Below are positions 62,393 through 64,000 of a DNA stretch of 64,000 nucleotides, piece after piece. Origin of the DNA: Malacoraja senta (Eukaryota). The notes beneath the pieces were generated by a model. It did no database searches. It saw nothing but the letters and a program-made list of their open reading frames with translations, and was not told the DNA's origin. The stretch's first letter is position 1; every line of letters begins with the position of its first letter. The stretch lies in the NCBI GenBank assembly GCA_038087875.1, contig CM075987.1, positions 24,926,001-24,990,000 on the forward strand. Reading direction: 5' to 3'. Made by a program: the position numbers and the translations under genes.

Positions 62393-62827
62393 CTCTCTCT
62401 CGGATTTTTAGCATCTGCAGTTTTTTTTTGCTTTTTCATGACATTTCCTCGTGGATTTGACACAGATGATTTTCTTGCATCTCAAGTCTTCTTTGAGTTG
62501 AACATTTGATGCTCAAATGCTTGAAACATCAGAGATGATTTATTTCTGTTAATCTTACCAGCCATGGCATTTTGTGAACACATGTGGTGGGAGTGAAAGG
62601 GAGGTGGGTGGAGGTTGTGAAGAAGCCACCGTGTCCACTACAAGTTCAAATCAAACATGTTACACTAATTCTTCCATTGTCAGCTACCCATACAAGGAAG
62701 GATGTTAACTTTCAGTTAAATTCCAAAAGGAAGCTACATATAGCTTGATGACAAAGAATTCAGAGCAAAATCTGCCTAGGCCGTGCTGGGATATTGGGCT
62801 GGAATATTTACCCTCAGAACAGGGTAT

Positions 62828-63132
62828 GGCACGGTGGCGCAGTGGTAGAGTTGCTGCCTTACAGCGCTTGCCGCGTCAGAGACCCAGGTTCGATCGCAAC
62901 TACGGGTGTTGTCTGTACGGAGTCTGTACGTTCTCCCCGTGACCACGTAAGTTTTCCCCGGGATCTTGAGTTTCCACCCACACTCCAAAGACGTACAGGT
63001 TCGTAGGTTAATTGGCTTGGTATAAGTGTAAATTGTCCCTAGGGTAGTGTTAATGTGCGGGGATCGCTGGTCGGCGCGGACTCGTTGGGCCGAAGGGCCT
63101 GTTTCCGTGCTGTATCTCTAAACTAAACTAAA
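62828..63132 (+). mobile_element. HE1-type V-SINE, full length (about 15 further partial copies elsewhere are not listed)
   Basis: A box tggcgcagtgg, B box ggttcgatc, V core, (AAACT)n tail. Confidence 0.88.
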
Positions 63133-63584
63133 CAACTTTAACACTGAGTATTAACACTCCACCCCACTGACTATCATACCCTCTCTATTGAAGCCCTGAC
63201 ATCCAACACCGCATGATCTCCAGTCCTATCTCAATAAGACTACCTGCAATAATTCCCACAAATGGGTTCCCATTATTTTACAGCCTTGGACAGATCTCTT
63301 ATATTGCTGCAATATTTGAGGGGGGGGGAGGGTGGTGTCCCCCCTACCATTCGTACGGAGCTTTCGCATTTTTCAGCTTGAAATTGTGCAATCTGGTGCA
63401 TACTGTAGCGAGTCTTTTAACTTACACTTGAATGCAATATTTATGCTTAAATTGGATTAGCTATGAATAAAGTTAGGCTAATTTACATTCCTAATTACAT
63501 TCCACAGTAGAGCCAGGCTCTGATCAACAGGTGCAGCACATGAATGATCTAAGTATATTTATGTATGGAAATCAGATTATAATC

Positions 63585-63840
63585 AAACACTTGGCCCATG
63601 GTGACCAACCTGGGTCTCACTACACACCTGGTACTCCTCCTGACCCTGACTCCAGTTGCATACCTGACCCTGAGTCCAGCCTTACACCTGGCCCTCTATT
63701 CCACCCTGATCATAGTTGCTTACCTGCTTAGGTTCCCAGTGCTGAACACTCCCATTGTCCCAGCTTTGACTGCACACCTAGTACTATTCCAGACCTTCAC
63801 TCTGGATGCCCACTTGGCCTTTCTCCTAGCCCCTCTGCAC
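63585..63840. repeat. Degenerate 18/36-bp minisatellite
   Basis: Units such as acacctggtactcctcct-gaccctgactccagttgc and acacctagtactattcca-gaccttcactctggatgc. Confidence 0.55.
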
Positions 63841-64000
63841 TGACAATATATCTGGCCCACACATAAAGCCCCATATCTGACCACTGGACTTAACTTACTA
63901 CGTTCAAGTCCACAGGTGCTTATCTAATGCGGTAATATTTTATGGGACTCTTCACAGACCAAATTTTGTATAACAAAATTTTGTGTAACAAAATTTGCTA

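Noticed and set aside
62828..62905. tRNA-like sequences with A and B boxes
   Set aside because: These are SINE heads continuing into the V core; they do not form a complete cloverleaf gene.
63310..63560. Possible DNA transposon internal fragment
   Set aside because: No TIRs or second copy in the window to support a call.
1..64000. Nested TRIM32 gene, which lies in an ASTN2 intron in mammals
   Set aside because: No RING, B-box or NHL ORF seen; it would be expected in a more 3' intron.

Overview
Repeat-dense vertebrate DNA, most consistent with a cartilaginous fish (skate/ray-like): about 25-30 HE1-type tRNA-derived V-SINEs plus many HER1/CR1 LINE fragments. The window lies inside an astrotactin-2 (ASTN2) gene on the + strand. 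Two internal coding exons are recognisable: 6788-6934, which the ORF track misses, and 10225-10392. I found no further ASTN2 exon, so roughly 53 kb of intron follows, including a 200-N assembly gap. The introns hold (i) a structurally complete but coding-dead DIRS1-like tyrosine-recombinase retrotransposon (14473-19268) with near-perfect ITR/ICR termini; (ii) many Penelope-like element fragments whose pseudo-LTRs carry minimal hammerhead ribozyme cores; (iii) eight to nine PIF/Harbinger-type palindromic MITEs; (iv) L2, Rex1-like and L1-like fragments; (v) four copies of a GC-rich non-coding retroposon type sharing a T-tract/G-tract/hairpin 5' architecture but carrying different LINE-type 3' tails, which is the best candidate for something undescribed. 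Nearly all long ORFs in the track are repeat-derived or spurious. All identifications come from reading the sequence and recalled family knowledge; no searches were run, and counts and identities are by hand.
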